A model generated the notes under the pieces. The model made no database searches. It was not told the DNA's origin and worked only from the letters and a program-made list of their open reading frames with translations. DNA of 64,000 bases from an uncultured Spirochaetales bacterium (GTDB taxonomy: Bacteria; Spirochaetota; Spirochaetia; SPDA01; CAZSGZ01). The stretch lies in assembly GCA_964458315.1 (NCBI GenBank), contig CAYWIK010000005.1, positions 4,122 through 68,121 of the forward strand. The letters run 5' to 3'. Numbering within the stretch: the stretch's first letter is position 1; every line of letters starts with the position of its first letter. Below, one piece after another: positions 9,437 through 17,870 of this stretch. The position numbers and the translations under genes are program-made.

Positions 9437-10347
9437 AACAGATCGTTGTATTCAGCGGAAAAGGAGGGACCGGAAAAACGTCTATAACCGCGTCGCTTGC
9501 GGCGCTGGCGCAAAACGCACTTTATGCGGATTGTGATGTAGATGCTTCGAACCTGCACATAATCCTTCATCCGGACATTGAGGAAACTCATTCTTTTATG
9601 GGACCAAAATGCGCGGAAATCATACAGGAGCGCTGCACCCGGTGTCTCGAGTGCATTGAGGCATGCAGGTACGATGCGATTTCCGAAGAAAACGGCGTGG
9701 TTATGGTAAATCCCTTTCTCTGCGAAGGGTGCGGAGTCTGTTATCACCTTTGTCCGGTTGACGCCGTTTCCTTTGAGCAGCGGGAAGCCGGAGAATGGTA
9801 TGCAGGGGAAACAAAGTACGGTCCAATGGTGTACGCGGAGCTATTCCCGGGAGAGGAGAATTCGGGAAAACTGGTAACCGAAGTCAGAAAAAAAGTGAAA
9901 CAGCTCGGTGAGGATATGAAAAAGGATTGGTGTATCATCGACGGCCCGCCGGGAACAGGGTGCGCCGTTATGGCATCTATTACAGGCGCCGATGCCGCGG
10001 TCCTGGTCACCGAACCCACGGTATCCGGTATTCATGATATGAGGCGGGCCCTGGAACTTGCTGCGTTCTTTTCAATTCCAACCGGCGTAGTGATCAATAA
10101 GAGCAGCATCAACCCTGAGCAGACCGACTCAATTAGGAAAGAATGTGAAAATAAGGATATACCTGTCCTTGGCGAAATTCCCTATTCCCGGCTGGTCATC
10201 GATTCGGTTTCGGAATGTATTCCCTATGTAGAGTTTCGAGATGATGACATCAGCCGGTCTTTGCGGAATATATGGGAAAATTGTAGACTTATGACAAAAA
10301 CAGATGGAGAAGCAAAAGATGAGCGGACAGACGAAAGAACAAACTGA
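9433..10347 (+). CDS. MinD-like P-loop ATPase with inserted 2x[4Fe-4S] ferredoxin (COG1149), copy 2
   Basis: SGKGGTGKT, DCDVDASN, CTRCLECIEAC, CEGCGVCYHLC, DGPPGTGC. Confidence 0.92.
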   Translation: MKQIVVFSGKGGTGKTSITASLAALAQNALYADCDVDASNLHIILHPDIEETHSFMGPKCAEIIQERCTRCLECIEACRYDAISEENGVVMVNPFLCEGCGVCYHLCPVDAVSFEQREAGEWYAGETKYGPMVYAELFPGEENSGKLVTEVRKKVKQLGEDMKKDWCIIDGPPGTGCAVMASITGADAAVLVTEPTVSGIHDMRRALELAAFFSIPTGVVINKSSINPEQTDSIRKECENKDIPVLGEIPYSRLVIDSVSECIPYVEFRDDDISRSLRNIWENCRLMTKTDGEAKDERTDERTN

Positions 10348-11137
10348 AGAGCAGGACAAACGGTTAGAACGGAATATGAGCGGAATCAAGCACAAACTCA
10401 TCGTCATGAGCGGAAAGGGGGGAGTCGGAAAATCCACCGTTGCCGTCAATTTGGCCCTCGGGTTGGCGATGGATGGATTCCGCGTTGGTGTTCTCGATGT
10501 GGATATTCACGGACCGAATATCGCTAAAATGCTCGGTATCGAGGACCGGCATCTTGTATCGGACGGCGAATACATCGAACCGATCGAGGTGTTCCCCGGC
10601 CTCACGGCGGTGAGCCTTGCCCTCGCCGGGTACGGGAATGATACGCCGATTATTTGGCGAGGCCCCCTCAAGATGGGAGCGATCAAGCAGTTTTTATCCG
10701 ATGTCCGATGGTCTGAACTCGACTATCTCATAATCGACAGCCCTCCGGGGACGGGAGATGAGCCGCTGAGTGTATGTCAGCTGATCCCGGGTATGGACGG
10801 TGCGGTGATCGTGACCACCCCCCAGGATGTGGCCCTTCTCGATTCGAGAAAAAGCGTCAACTTTGCAAAGCAGCTCAATATTCCAGTTATCGGAGTGGTG
10901 GAAAATATGAGCGGCTTGGCCTGTCCGCACTGCGGCAAAGATATCGAGCTTTTCGGCCGAGGCGGCGGAGAGCGTACCGCGGGGGAGATGCAGGTGCCTT
11001 TTTTGGGAAGCGTACCCATCGACCCGGAAGTGGTGAAGTCGGGAGACGCGGGAAAGCCCTTCATCGCCAGCCGTAACGGGAACGCCGTCACCGAGGCGAT
11101 ACGGCAGATCGTGAAAAAAATAACCGCTGCGGAATGA
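10319..11137 (+). CDS. mrp: Mrp/NBP35 (ApbC) Fe-S cluster carrier ATPase
   Basis: SGKGGVGKS, DIHGPN, IIWRGP, DSPPGTGD, ENMSGLACPHC; start 10319 has a GGAG SD. Confidence 0.93.
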   Translation: MSGQTKEQTEEQDKRLERNMSGIKHKLIVMSGKGGVGKSTVAVNLALGLAMDGFRVGVLDVDIHGPNIAKMLGIEDRHLVSDGEYIEPIEVFPGLTAVSLALAGYGNDTPIIWRGPLKMGAIKQFLSDVRWSELDYLIIDSPPGTGDEPLSVCQLIPGMDGAVIVTTPQDVALLDSRKSVNFAKQLNIPVIGVVENMSGLACPHCGKDIELFGRGGGERTAGEMQVPFLGSVPIDPEVVKSGDAGKPFIASRNGNAVTEAIRQIVKKITAAE

Positions 11138-11159
11138 AAGTCCGGCGGAATATGTAACT

Positions 11160-12047
11160 ATGAAAACATGTTTGCAATGTATTCCCTGTTTTTTCAGGCA
11201 GGCCCTCGAGGCCGCCGAGTTGAACGGACTGGGAGAAGAAACACAGAGAAAAATAGTTAATACCCTCGCGGGACAGATACCGTCTTTCAAACTCGACCAT
11301 TCACCGGTCGAAATGGCCGGGTATCTCCACCGGCTGGTGCGGGAAGAAATTGACGGAAAGGACCCTTATGCCCGCATAAAAAGGGAAAGTAATAAAAAGG
11401 CGCTTACGTTGTATCCCCGGGCTAAAGAGGAGATTCAAAAGAGCGAAACACCTCTCCTGCGGGCGATTCAGTTCGCGGCGGCTGGGAATATAATCGATTT
11501 CGGCGTAAAGGGCAAAATCAATATCGAAGACGAACTCAACCGGATCCTGGAAATGGAGGAAAAGATTATTTCCAAGGAAGACCGGGACCTATTCGATTAT
11601 GAGGGCTTTTCAAAAAGACTTGCCGTAAGCAAAACCATGCTCTACATAGGAGACAATGCCGGAGAAATTGTGTTCGATAAACTGCTTATCGAGGAAATAG
11701 ATCGGTTATATCCGGACCTGCATATCTATTTTGCCGTGCGGGGCGGACCAATTATCAACGATGTGACGGAGAAAGATGCCAAAGAATGCGGAATTGATAA
11801 AATCGCAACGGTAATTTCCAGCGGTGCGGATATTCCCGGTATAATTCTGCCGCAGTCGAGCCAAGAATTCGTCCGCCTTTTCTTTACGAGCGACCTGGTC
11901 TTAAGTAAAGGACAGGGCAATTTTGAATCCCTTTCCTCGGAAAAGAGGCTTATATATTTTTTATTCATCGCAAAATGCGCGGTCATTGCGGATCATGTCA
12001 ATGCCGATATCGGAGCCGTTCTTCTCTTGAATAATTCTCTTGAATAA
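11160..12047 (+). CDS. DUF89/ARMT1-like damage-control metal-dependent phosphatase
   Basis: N-terminal CxxCxxC, DPY..K, AGNIIDFG, GDNAGE, INDVT, SKGQGNFE. Confidence 0.9.
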   Translation: MKTCLQCIPCFFRQALEAAELNGLGEETQRKIVNTLAGQIPSFKLDHSPVEMAGYLHRLVREEIDGKDPYARIKRESNKKALTLYPRAKEEIQKSETPLLRAIQFAAAGNIIDFGVKGKINIEDELNRILEMEEKIISKEDRDLFDYEGFSKRLAVSKTMLYIGDNAGEIVFDKLLIEEIDRLYPDLHIYFAVRGGPIINDVTEKDAKECGIDKIATVISSGADIPGIILPQSSQEFVRLFFTSDLVLSKGQGNFESLSSEKRLIYFLFIAKCAVIADHVNADIGAVLLLNNSLE

Positions 12048-12091
12048 TTTTATGTTCTATGTAGAATCAAGCTGATTGCAAGGAGAAGGGA

Positions 12092-12433
12092 ATGAAAGAG
12101 ATATCTGCCCTCACGACACATGAAAAAGTATTTCTCGCCGGGTGTATAAAAAACATGATTTTGGCCGACGGTGTCTTCGATGATTCCGAATTGAATGAAT
12201 TGGATGTGCTCCTCGATGAACTCGACTTTACCGATTATGAAGAATGTTTAATGGAATTTGAAAACGGAGTCAACGACAGCGATTCATTTTGGGAAATGGC
12301 GGAGACGATTGAAGATCAGGAGACCCATGAAATGATTCTCGAAGTTTTATACGATCTGTCCATTCAGAAGGGATTGGAAGAATCAACAGAAAAAAATCTG
12401 CTCTCCGGTCTGAAAGAAATCTGGCAGATCTAA
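12092..12433 (+). CDS. Acidic TerB-like hypothetical protein
   Basis: MILADGVFDDSE resembles the TerB (A/S)DG motif; AGGAG SD. Confidence 0.55.
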   Translation: MKEISALTTHEKVFLAGCIKNMILADGVFDDSELNELDVLLDELDFTDYEECLMEFENGVNDSDSFWEMAETIEDQETHEMILEVLYDLSIQKGLEESTEKNLLSGLKEIWQI

Positions 12434-12933
12434 TCGAATACACGCCGCGGGGTCCTTTTCTTTTCCTCTTCCAGCTGCCGGCAGAACCGCGCATGCAGAA
12501 TAGACCGCATTTCTTTTATCGAGGTACAGTCGAGCATTTCTTGTCGAAAATTCGTCTGCCTCAGCAGTTTGACGAGGACGGAAAGGGCCTGCAGGTAATC
12601 ATCGTGAAAACCCGGCGGACTCGCGATGAGGAAGAGAAGATGGACCGGTTTACCGTCAACAGAACCGTAGTCGATTCCTTCCCAGGAAACGCCGAGTCCC
12701 ATAATAACCGATTTAATTTCCTCGAATTGAGCATGTGCCACCGCTACGCCGCGTCCGAAACCGGTGGAATACTCGTGCTCCCGCTGTAAAACTGATTCAA
12801 TAAACTGTTCCTTGTTTTTAATCGAATAAAATACGCTTGTTTTTTCGATAAGTTCCCTGATTGCTTGAAATTTCTCCCTATTGTGTAGAACACACACGCT
12901 GCCTTCAAGAAACGAACAATGGAGATCCTGCAT
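12430..12933 (-). CDS. PTS EIIA (Ntr/fructose-type) domain protein
   Basis: REHEYSTGFGRGVAVAH, DGKPVHLLFLIASP. Confidence 0.9.
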   Translation of the reverse strand: MQDLHCSFLEGSVCVLHNREKFQAIRELIEKTSVFYSIKNKEQFIESVLQREHEYSTGFGRGVAVAHAQFEEIKSVIMGLGVSWEGIDYGSVDGKPVHLLFLIASPPGFHDDYLQALSVLVKLLRQTNFRQEMLDCTSIKEMRSILHARFCRQLEEEKKRTPRRVFD

Positions 12934-12997
12934 TACTTACCCCGCTTAGTACACTATCATATATCTTATGAAAAAGGTAAAGGGTTTTCCCTAAGCA

Positions 12998-13027
12998 TTG
13001 CATGGTGTTCTTGTTTCCTGGTATCAT
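12998..13027 (+). promoter_or_regulatory. sigma70 promoter of purL (TTGCAT-N18-TGnTATCAT), 10 nt before ATG 13038
   Basis: Extended -10; supports a start at 13038 rather than 13002. Confidence 0.6.
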
Positions 13028-13037
13028 CTTTTTTGAA

Positions 13038-16000
13038 ATGCGTACGGAAGTTTTTTTCCCCTCACCCAGACTCGACGGCAGGGCGGTCAAACAGGCCGAA
13101 ACCTTGCGCACCGCAGGATATGCCGTAACAGATGTTGTGTGCATCGATGTCTATATTTCAGCCGGCCTGCAGCTTTTTTCGAAGGAAAAGGCGGAACGGG
13201 TATTCTGCGACCCGGTCATCCAGGAGCTCGTACACCCCGCAGGAAAAGAGAGCGGTTTTGCCGCCGACAGTTTTTTCCCCCGTTGGGACATTTGCGCTGA
13301 AATATCCTATAAACCCGGGGTAACGGACCCGGTTGGCATTACCGCGGAAAACGCGCTTCGTACCGAACTCGGAGACGATTTCCCCCCGGGAGGCACGGTC
13401 CGGGCGGCGCGGCAGTATTTGATCAATTTCAAAGATAGAGAACGTATGGATGAGGTGGTATCCTCACTCTACAACCCCTTGATCGAGCGGGCGGTAGTAA
13501 TCCGGCGTGATGAATGGCGCGAAGGAAAGCGGCCTCCGGAAGTCTATAATTATGCGGTGCCTCCGAGCGCGGTGCAAATCGAGACCTTTGATCTGCGGGG
13601 CCTATTGGAAACTGAACTTGCAGAACTTTCTTCCCGGCGGCTGCTCGCGTTGTCGGCCCAAGAAATGCGCGCCGTGCAGGAGTATTTTTTGTCCCCCGAA
13701 ACGATAGGGACGCGGAACGAACATGGACTTTCCGAGGCCGCAACGGATGTTGAACTGGAAATGATCGCCCAAACCTGGTCCGAACATTGTAAACATAAAA
13801 TTTTCAATGCGGAAATAGAATATTACGAAGGAGATAAAAGAGAGGAAATCGTGTCCCTCTTCAATACATATATCCGCGGCGTGACGGCCCTTTTGGAAAA
13901 GAAAAAAGATTTCTTACGGTCCGTATTTCATGATAACTCAGGTGTTGTCCAATTTGACGAGGAACACTGCTTCTGTTTCAAAGTCGAAACCCACAACTCT
14001 CCCTCCGCTCTCGACCCGTACGGAGGTGCAATAACCGGCATTGTTGGGGTAAACCGCGATATTATTGGTACGGGAAAAGGCGCAAAGCCGATTTTCAATA
14101 CTAATGTACTCTGTTTCGGTATGCCGGACACCCCGCCGGAGGAGCTTCCTCGAGGGCTGCTCCATCCGAAGCGGGTTTTGCGCGGGGTGCATCATGGAAT
14201 TATCGACGGAGGCAACCAATCGGGAATTCCGGTGGCTGCGGGTGCTTTCCTTTTCGACAAGAGCTACACCGGTAAACCGCTGGTCTTCTGCGGAACCGGG
14301 GGTGTTTTGCCCGCCGAGGTAAAAGGGGAGGCGTCGTGGATCAAGCACGTCGACCCGGGAGACAAGGCGGTCATGGTCGGCGGAAGGGTCGGGAAAGACG
14401 GCATTCACGGCGCTACCTTTTCGTCCCTCGAATTGAACGAGACCTCCCCGACTTCGGCCGTGCAGATCGGCGACCCGATCACCCAGAAAAAAATGCTCGA
14501 TTTTCTTCTCGAAGCGCGGGACGAAGGGCTCTACAAGGGAATTACCGATAACGGCGCGGGGGGGCTTTCTTCGTCCCTGGGAGAGATGGCCGAACTCTCC
14601 GGAGGCGTACGGATCGAGCTCGACCGCTGCCCCCTCAAATATCCAGGTCTTGCTCCCTGGGAGATTTTAGTTTCCGAGTCCCAGGAGCGGATGAGTCTCT
14701 CGGTGGACCCGGAGAAAGTAGATGCCTTGTTGGAACTAGCTTCCAGGCGTGACGTTGAGGCGACGGTGGTCGGAGAGTTTACCGATTCCGGGTATGTGGA
14801 AGTAATGTATAAGAGCGAGACCGTAGCTTTTTTGTCTCTTGAATTTCTGCATAACGGCCTCCCGGCTATGAAGCTCAAAGCGGAGTGGAAACCGCCGGAG
14901 CGCTCCACCCGGCAGGGGCGCAGCGGGCCGTCGCATGCCTCGCGGGGAGACCTGACTCCGCTCCTCCTCGCTCTTCTAAGCCACCCCAACGTGGCATCGA
15001 AGGAGCATCTGGTGCGGCAGTACGACCATGAAGTGCAGGCGGAGTCGGTTGTAAAGCCCTTCTGCGGAGCGCGGGCCGACGGCCCTTCCGACGGAGCGGT
15101 CTTAAAGCCTCTTTTTCACGCTAACCTCGGCATTACGGTAACCCACGGCATATGCCCGCGCTACGGGGATATCGATACCTACCATATGGCCATGTGCGCC
15201 CTCGACGAAGCGCTTAGGGCCCACGTGGCATGCGGCGGCGATCCCGACTCAGCGGCAGCCCTCGATAATTTCTGCTGGCCCGACCCGGTTGTTTCCGAAC
15301 AGACCCCGGACGGTGCATATAAACTGGCCCAGCTTGTTCGGGCGTGCCGCGGTCTGTACGACGGCTGCAGGGATTACGGTATTCCCCTTATCTCGGGAAA
15401 AGATTCAATGAAGAATGATGCCCGGCTCGGAAACAGGAAGGTTTCGGTGAGGCCCACCCTCCTCATTTCCATCCTGGGCTTCATCCCCGATATAGAAAAG
15501 GCGGTTTCCACGGATTTCAAGCGGCCCGGCGATGAGATATTTCTTCTCGGAGAGACCCGGGGAGAACTCGGCGGGACCTCCTTGGAAGCATGCACCGGCT
15601 CGGTATACGGCGATGTACCGACTGTGGACACGAGCCAATCGATCCGGCTCTACCGTGCCCTCTACCGCGCCGTATGTGCGGGACTCGTCTCATCATGCCA
15701 CGATCTTTCCGACGGCGGCCTGGCGGTTGCCTGCGCGGAATCGGCATTCGGAGGCCGGTACGGCGCCGAAATCGACATCGATTCGGCCCCGGTCCCGGAC
15801 GGCCAAAAGCCGGATGCATCCCGCCTTTTATTCTGCGAAACTCCCGGGCGGTTTGTCCTTTCAGTTCCGCGGGAGAAGGGAAAAGAGTTTTCCGCGGCGA
15901 TGGAAAAGACTGCCTGTGCCCGGATCGGAAGAGTCACGGACCGCCGAAGATTTATCGCCCGCAGCCGCGGGTCGGTTTGTATCGACTGCCGCCTCGAGGA

Positions 16001-16043
16001 AATTGAGACGGCCTGGAAATCCCTCGAAAGGAAGCTCGCGTGA
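13038..16043 (+). CDS. purL: Phosphoribosylformylglycinamidine synthase, synthetase subunit, with PurS-like N-terminal extension
   Basis: AQTWSEHCKHKIF, KVETHNSPS, DGIHGATFSS, DNGAGG, SESQERM, QYDHEV, ISGKDS, HDLSDGG. Confidence 0.95.
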   Translation: MRTEVFFPSPRLDGRAVKQAETLRTAGYAVTDVVCIDVYISAGLQLFSKEKAERVFCDPVIQELVHPAGKESGFAADSFFPRWDICAEISYKPGVTDPVGITAENALRTELGDDFPPGGTVRAARQYLINFKDRERMDEVVSSLYNPLIERAVVIRRDEWREGKRPPEVYNYAVPPSAVQIETFDLRGLLETELAELSSRRLLALSAQEMRAVQEYFLSPETIGTRNEHGLSEAATDVELEMIAQTWSEHCKHKIFNAEIEYYEGDKREEIVSLFNTYIRGVTALLEKKKDFLRSVFHDNSGVVQFDEEHCFCFKVETHNSPSALDPYGGAITGIVGVNRDIIGTGKGAKPIFNTNVLCFGMPDTPPEELPRGLLHPKRVLRGVHHGIIDGGNQSGIPVAAGAFLFDKSYTGKPLVFCGTGGVLPAEVKGEASWIKHVDPGDKAVMVGGRVGKDGIHGATFSSLELNETSPTSAVQIGDPITQKKMLDFLLEARDEGLYKGITDNGAGGLSSSLGEMAELSGGVRIELDRCPLKYPGLAPWEILVSESQERMSLSVDPEKVDALLELASRRDVEATVVGEFTDSGYVEVMYKSETVAFLSLEFLHNGLPAMKLKAEWKPPERSTRQGRSGPSHASRGDLTPLLLALLSHPNVASKEHLVRQYDHEVQAESVVKPFCGARADGPSDGAVLKPLFHANLGITVTHGICPRYGDIDTYHMAMCALDEALRAHVACGGDPDSAAALDNFCWPDPVVSEQTPDGAYKLAQLVRACRGLYDGCRDYGIPLISGKDSMKNDARLGNRKVSVRPTLLISILGFIPDIEKAVSTDFKRPGDEIFLLGETRGELGGTSLEACTGSVYGDVPTVDTSQSIRLYRALYRAVCAGLVSSCHDLSDGGLAVACAESAFGGRYGAEIDIDSAPVPDGQKPDASRLLFCETPGRFVLSVPREKGKEFSAAMEKTACARIGRVTDRRRFIARSRGSVCIDCRLEEIETAWKSLERKLA

Positions 16044-16798
16044 AAGATGTACGTACCGTCGTCATTACCGGCTACGGCATCAACGCGGACGGGGAACTCG
16101 CCGAAGCATTTACGCGGGCCGGCTCCGGGGCGAAGATTGTCCATATCAGAGATTTGATCGCGACACCGGAACTTCTCGATTCCGTTCACATTCTTGCATT
16201 TCCCGGAGGATTTTCCTTTGGTGATCATCTGGGCTCAGGCCTTGTATTTGCTCATCTCTGCAGACAGCGCCTCTATACTCCTATCCGCGGGTTTATCGAA
16301 CGGGGCAACCTGGTAATTGGTATCTGTAACGGGTTCCAAGTGTTGGTGAAGATGGGTATTTTGCCGAATCTCGGCGGGAAGTGGGAGCCGGAGGCGACGA
16401 TAATCTACAATGATTCCGGAGTGTTTATCGATGCATGGGTGACCTTGGAGGCGAATCCCGATTCTCCCTGTATCTGGACCCGAGGACTCGGTAAAGTCGA
16501 TTTTCCGATCCGGCATGGAGAGGGGAGGTTTTGGATGAAAAACGAAGACCTCCTGGAGAAACTCGAAACCCGGCAGCTGGCGGCCCTCCGCTATTGGAAG
16601 AATAACCCGAACGGATCGGTCAATTCCATTGCCGGAATAACCGATCCAAGCGGCCGCATATTAGGGCTTATGCCCCATCCCGAAGCTTTTCTCGTCAAAC
16701 AGAACCATCCCGGCTGGACCAGGCAGAAAGTGCCTGAAGAGTGCGGGATGGAGATATTTAATCGCGGGGTGCAATACGTCCGGGAAAATATTTTGTAG
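16040..16798 (+). CDS. purQ: FGAM synthase glutaminase subunit
   Basis: FPGGFSFGD, GICNGFQ, RHGEG, GLMPHPE. Confidence 0.95.
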   Translation: MKDVRTVVITGYGINADGELAEAFTRAGSGAKIVHIRDLIATPELLDSVHILAFPGGFSFGDHLGSGLVFAHLCRQRLYTPIRGFIERGNLVIGICNGFQVLVKMGILPNLGGKWEPEATIIYNDSGVFIDAWVTLEANPDSPCIWTRGLGKVDFPIRHGEGRFWMKNEDLLEKLETRQLAALRYWKNNPNGSVNSIAGITDPSGRILGLMPHPEAFLVKQNHPGWTRQKVPEECGMEIFNRGVQYVRENIL

Positions 16799-16805
16799 AA
16801 AAAAT

Positions 16806-16834
16806 TTGATAATTTCGCGTAAATTTTCTATTCT
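16806..16834 (+). promoter_or_regulatory. sigma70 promoter (TTGATA-N17-TATTCT)
   Basis: Upstream of GAGGG SD and ATG 16854. Confidence 0.6.
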
Positions 16835-16853
16835 ATATAAAAGAGGGTAATGA

Positions 16854-17042
16854 ATGGCAGTTGATTTCAGTATTGAAGAGAAAATCGGAAACGCATTGAT
16901 CCGCAGGGAAGCTATGCGCCGGGAAGAGGTCGAGGCGGTCTTGAAACTCCAGAACGCCGGTGACGACCGGCTTTTCGGGGAAATCGCCGTGGATATAGGG
17001 TTTCTCGATGTAAGGGAATTAATTGATTATCTCAGAAGGTAG
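16854..17042 (+). CDS. 62-aa standalone MshEN-like (GspE-N) domain protein
   Basis: KIGNALIRREAMRREEVEAVLKLQ and RLFGEIAVDIGFLDVRELIDYL follow the tandem RLGxxLxxxGxxxxxxLxxxLxxQ pattern; own promoter and SD. Confidence 0.6.
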   Translation: MAVDFSIEEKIGNALIRREAMRREEVEAVLKLQNAGDDRLFGEIAVDIGFLDVRELIDYLRR

Positions 17043-17044
17043 AT

Positions 17045-17602
17045 ATGCTGGTAGAAGCTGAAGTTTGGACAATTGCGCGTACCGATCAGGGCAACGCTGT
17101 TCTTGTGAGGCCTGTTGGGTCGGACACGGCAGTGCCAATCTTCATCGGACAATTGGAAGCGCAGTCGATCCTCATCGGCATGGGCAACGTACCGATGCCG
17201 CGTCCTTTGACCCATGACCTCTTTCTATCGGTTATTCAGAAAGTGGGGGTGACCATCGAAAGGATCGAAATCACCGAGTTAAAGGAAGGAACGTTTTACG
17301 CACAGCTCATTGTAAAACAGCAGGGACAACAGCTTATCGTGGATGCTCGGCCTTCCGACTCTATCGCACTGGCAGTACGGGACAAATGCCCGATTTTTAT
17401 CGATGAAGAGGTGGTGGAAGAAGCCGGCATCCCCGTGAGTACGATTACCGATCAGGTAAGCGAGACCGCGGAAGACGATACGAAGGCGATGAAGCTCGAA
17501 AAACTCGAGAAAGAATTGGAAAAAGCTGTGGAAGAAGAAAATTACGAAGAGGCCGCGCGCATTCGAGACTTGATTTCGGAATATAAAAACGCAGACAGTT
17601 AA
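17045..17602 (+). CDS. Bifunctional nuclease (DUF151/BFN) family protein with C-terminal UVR domain
   Basis: PIFIGQLEA, RPLTHDL, DARPSDSIALA; UVR LEKAVEEENYEEAARIRD. Confidence 0.92.
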   Translation: MLVEAEVWTIARTDQGNAVLVRPVGSDTAVPIFIGQLEAQSILIGMGNVPMPRPLTHDLFLSVIQKVGVTIERIEITELKEGTFYAQLIVKQQGQQLIVDARPSDSIALAVRDKCPIFIDEEVVEEAGIPVSTITDQVSETAEDDTKAMKLEKLEKELEKAVEEENYEEAARIRDLISEYKNADS

Positions 17603-17611
17603 GATATTTCC

Positions 17612-17797
17612 TCAATACATTTCCACCCGTCTCTTCAGCTTGTCTATCGAATCGAAGAGGTCCATTTTTTTATTGCTCAAAGTGACTGCACCGGCCCCGT
17701 TGTACCGTTCTTCCACTAAGAGTTCGAGTTGGCTTTGAATGAGTTCAATTAAATCTTCGAAATCGGCAAGATCCATGTCACCTTTTAATGAGTGCAT
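17612..17797 (-). CDS. Small hypothetical protein (61 aa)
   Basis: Own promoter TTGTCA-N16-TATCAT (17843-17816) and AGGAG SD 6 nt before the ATG. Confidence 0.65.
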   Translation of the reverse strand: MHSLKGDMDLADFEDLIELIQSQLELLVEERYNGAGAVTLSNKKMDLFDSIDKLKRRVEMY

Positions 17798-17836
17798 CTT
17801 TTTCTCCTATTTTAGATGATACTAAATTTTCACGGT

Positions 17837-17864
17837 TTGACAACTGATCTTTTCCCGGTATAAT
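17837..17864 (+). promoter_or_regulatory. Consensus sigma70 promoter (TTGACA-N16-TATAAT), 6 nt before ATG 17871
   Basis: Both hexamers are perfect; no room for an SD. Confidence 0.85.
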
Positions 17865-17870
17865 TTACCC

